Positions 31,781 through 32,000 of a stretch of DNA of 32,000 nt are shown here, in pieces. The DNA comes from Acaryochloris thomasi RCC1774 (GTDB taxonomy: Bacteria > Cyanobacteriota > Cyanobacteriia > Thermosynechococcales > Thermosynechococcaceae). The position numbers were made by a program, and so were the translations under genes. Location: the NCBI RefSeq assembly GCF_003231495.1, contig NZ_PQWO01000001.1, positions 270,001 to 302,000 of the forward strand. Direction: 5' to 3'. The notes under the pieces were generated by a model that had not been told where the DNA came from, made no database searches, and saw nothing but the letters and a program-made list of their open reading frames with translations. The first letter of the stretch is position 1. Each line of letters opens with the position of its first letter.

Positions 31781-32000
31781 CTAGTCATCTAGACGCACAA
31801 GGCCCCGGCGCAGTGCGGCAATCACAGCTTGGGTACGGTCGTTGACGCCCAGCTTCTGAAAAATATGGTTGATGTGAAACTTGACGGTTCCCTCAGAGAT
31901 GTTGAGAGCTTTGGCAAGGGCGGGGGTGCTGGTGCCTAACACCATCAGATTGAGAACGTCCTGTTCTCGTTCAGTTAACTCTTCGGTATCCATTCGCTCA
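31781..32000 (-). CDS. LuxR/FixJ-type HTH domain, probably the C-terminus of a NarL-family response regulator whose N-terminus lies beyond the window
   Basis: LTEREQDVLNLMVLGTSTPALAKALNISEGTVKFHINHIFQKLGVNDRTQAV. The reading frame stays open upstream of the listed ATG (31993) to the window edge (..ERMDTEE). Confidence 0.75.
   Translation of the reverse strand, partial: ERMDTEELTEREQDVLNLMVLGTSTPALAKALNISEGTVKFHINHIFQKLGVNDRTQAVIAALRRGLVRLDD

Overview
This looks like a cyanobacterial chromosomal segment. By eye I count 22 copies of the HIP1 octamer GCGATCGC, and the window carries a Pil/Hmp-type chemosensory locus and a PsbQ-like gene. Gene order:
- 1-2560 (-): a Ski2/HelY-like DEAD/DEAH helicase, truncated by the window edge and absent from the ORF track.
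- 2631-10389 (-): a type IV pilus/motility chemosensory operon (CheY-like, CheW, MCP, hybrid CheA). The hybrid CheA is cleanly split by a 1027-bp IS630-family insertion at 3837-4863, with a TA target duplication and a two-ORF transposase.
- 10938-12632 (+): a divergent HmpF-like coiled-coil gene.
- 12716-14343: tsaB and an alpha/beta hydrolase.
- 14486-20141 (+): a sugar cluster of glucose-1-dehydrogenase-like SDR, archaeal-type glycogen debranching enzyme and a GH63/MGH1-like glucosidase.
- 20221-20382: a small MITE-like element built from G6/C6 hairpins.
- 20501-28077 (+): a redox group. It holds a MIP channel with a Cys-rich tail, a membrane-anchored FNR-like/2Fe-2S reductase, a GMC flavoprotein with a Cys4 motif, an embedded VapBC-type toxin-antitoxin pair, a secreted tandem-VOC protein and a cytochrome P450.
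- 28081-32000: a HIP1-free tail. It starts with an AT-rich gap containing a long inverted repeat. It then holds a PsbQ-like domain fused to a TM helix and coiled coil, a sensor-less histidine kinase, a possible 47-aa secreted peptide ORF, an AraC regulator and a partial LuxR-type regulator.

I recognised no rRNA, tRNA or CRISPR array. The best-supported finding is the in-frame-restorable IS disruption of the CheA kinase. The most speculative and potentially novel items are the MIP/reductase/GMC/P450 redox module, the PsbQ-like fusion protein, and the peptide/kinase/AraC/LuxR group.
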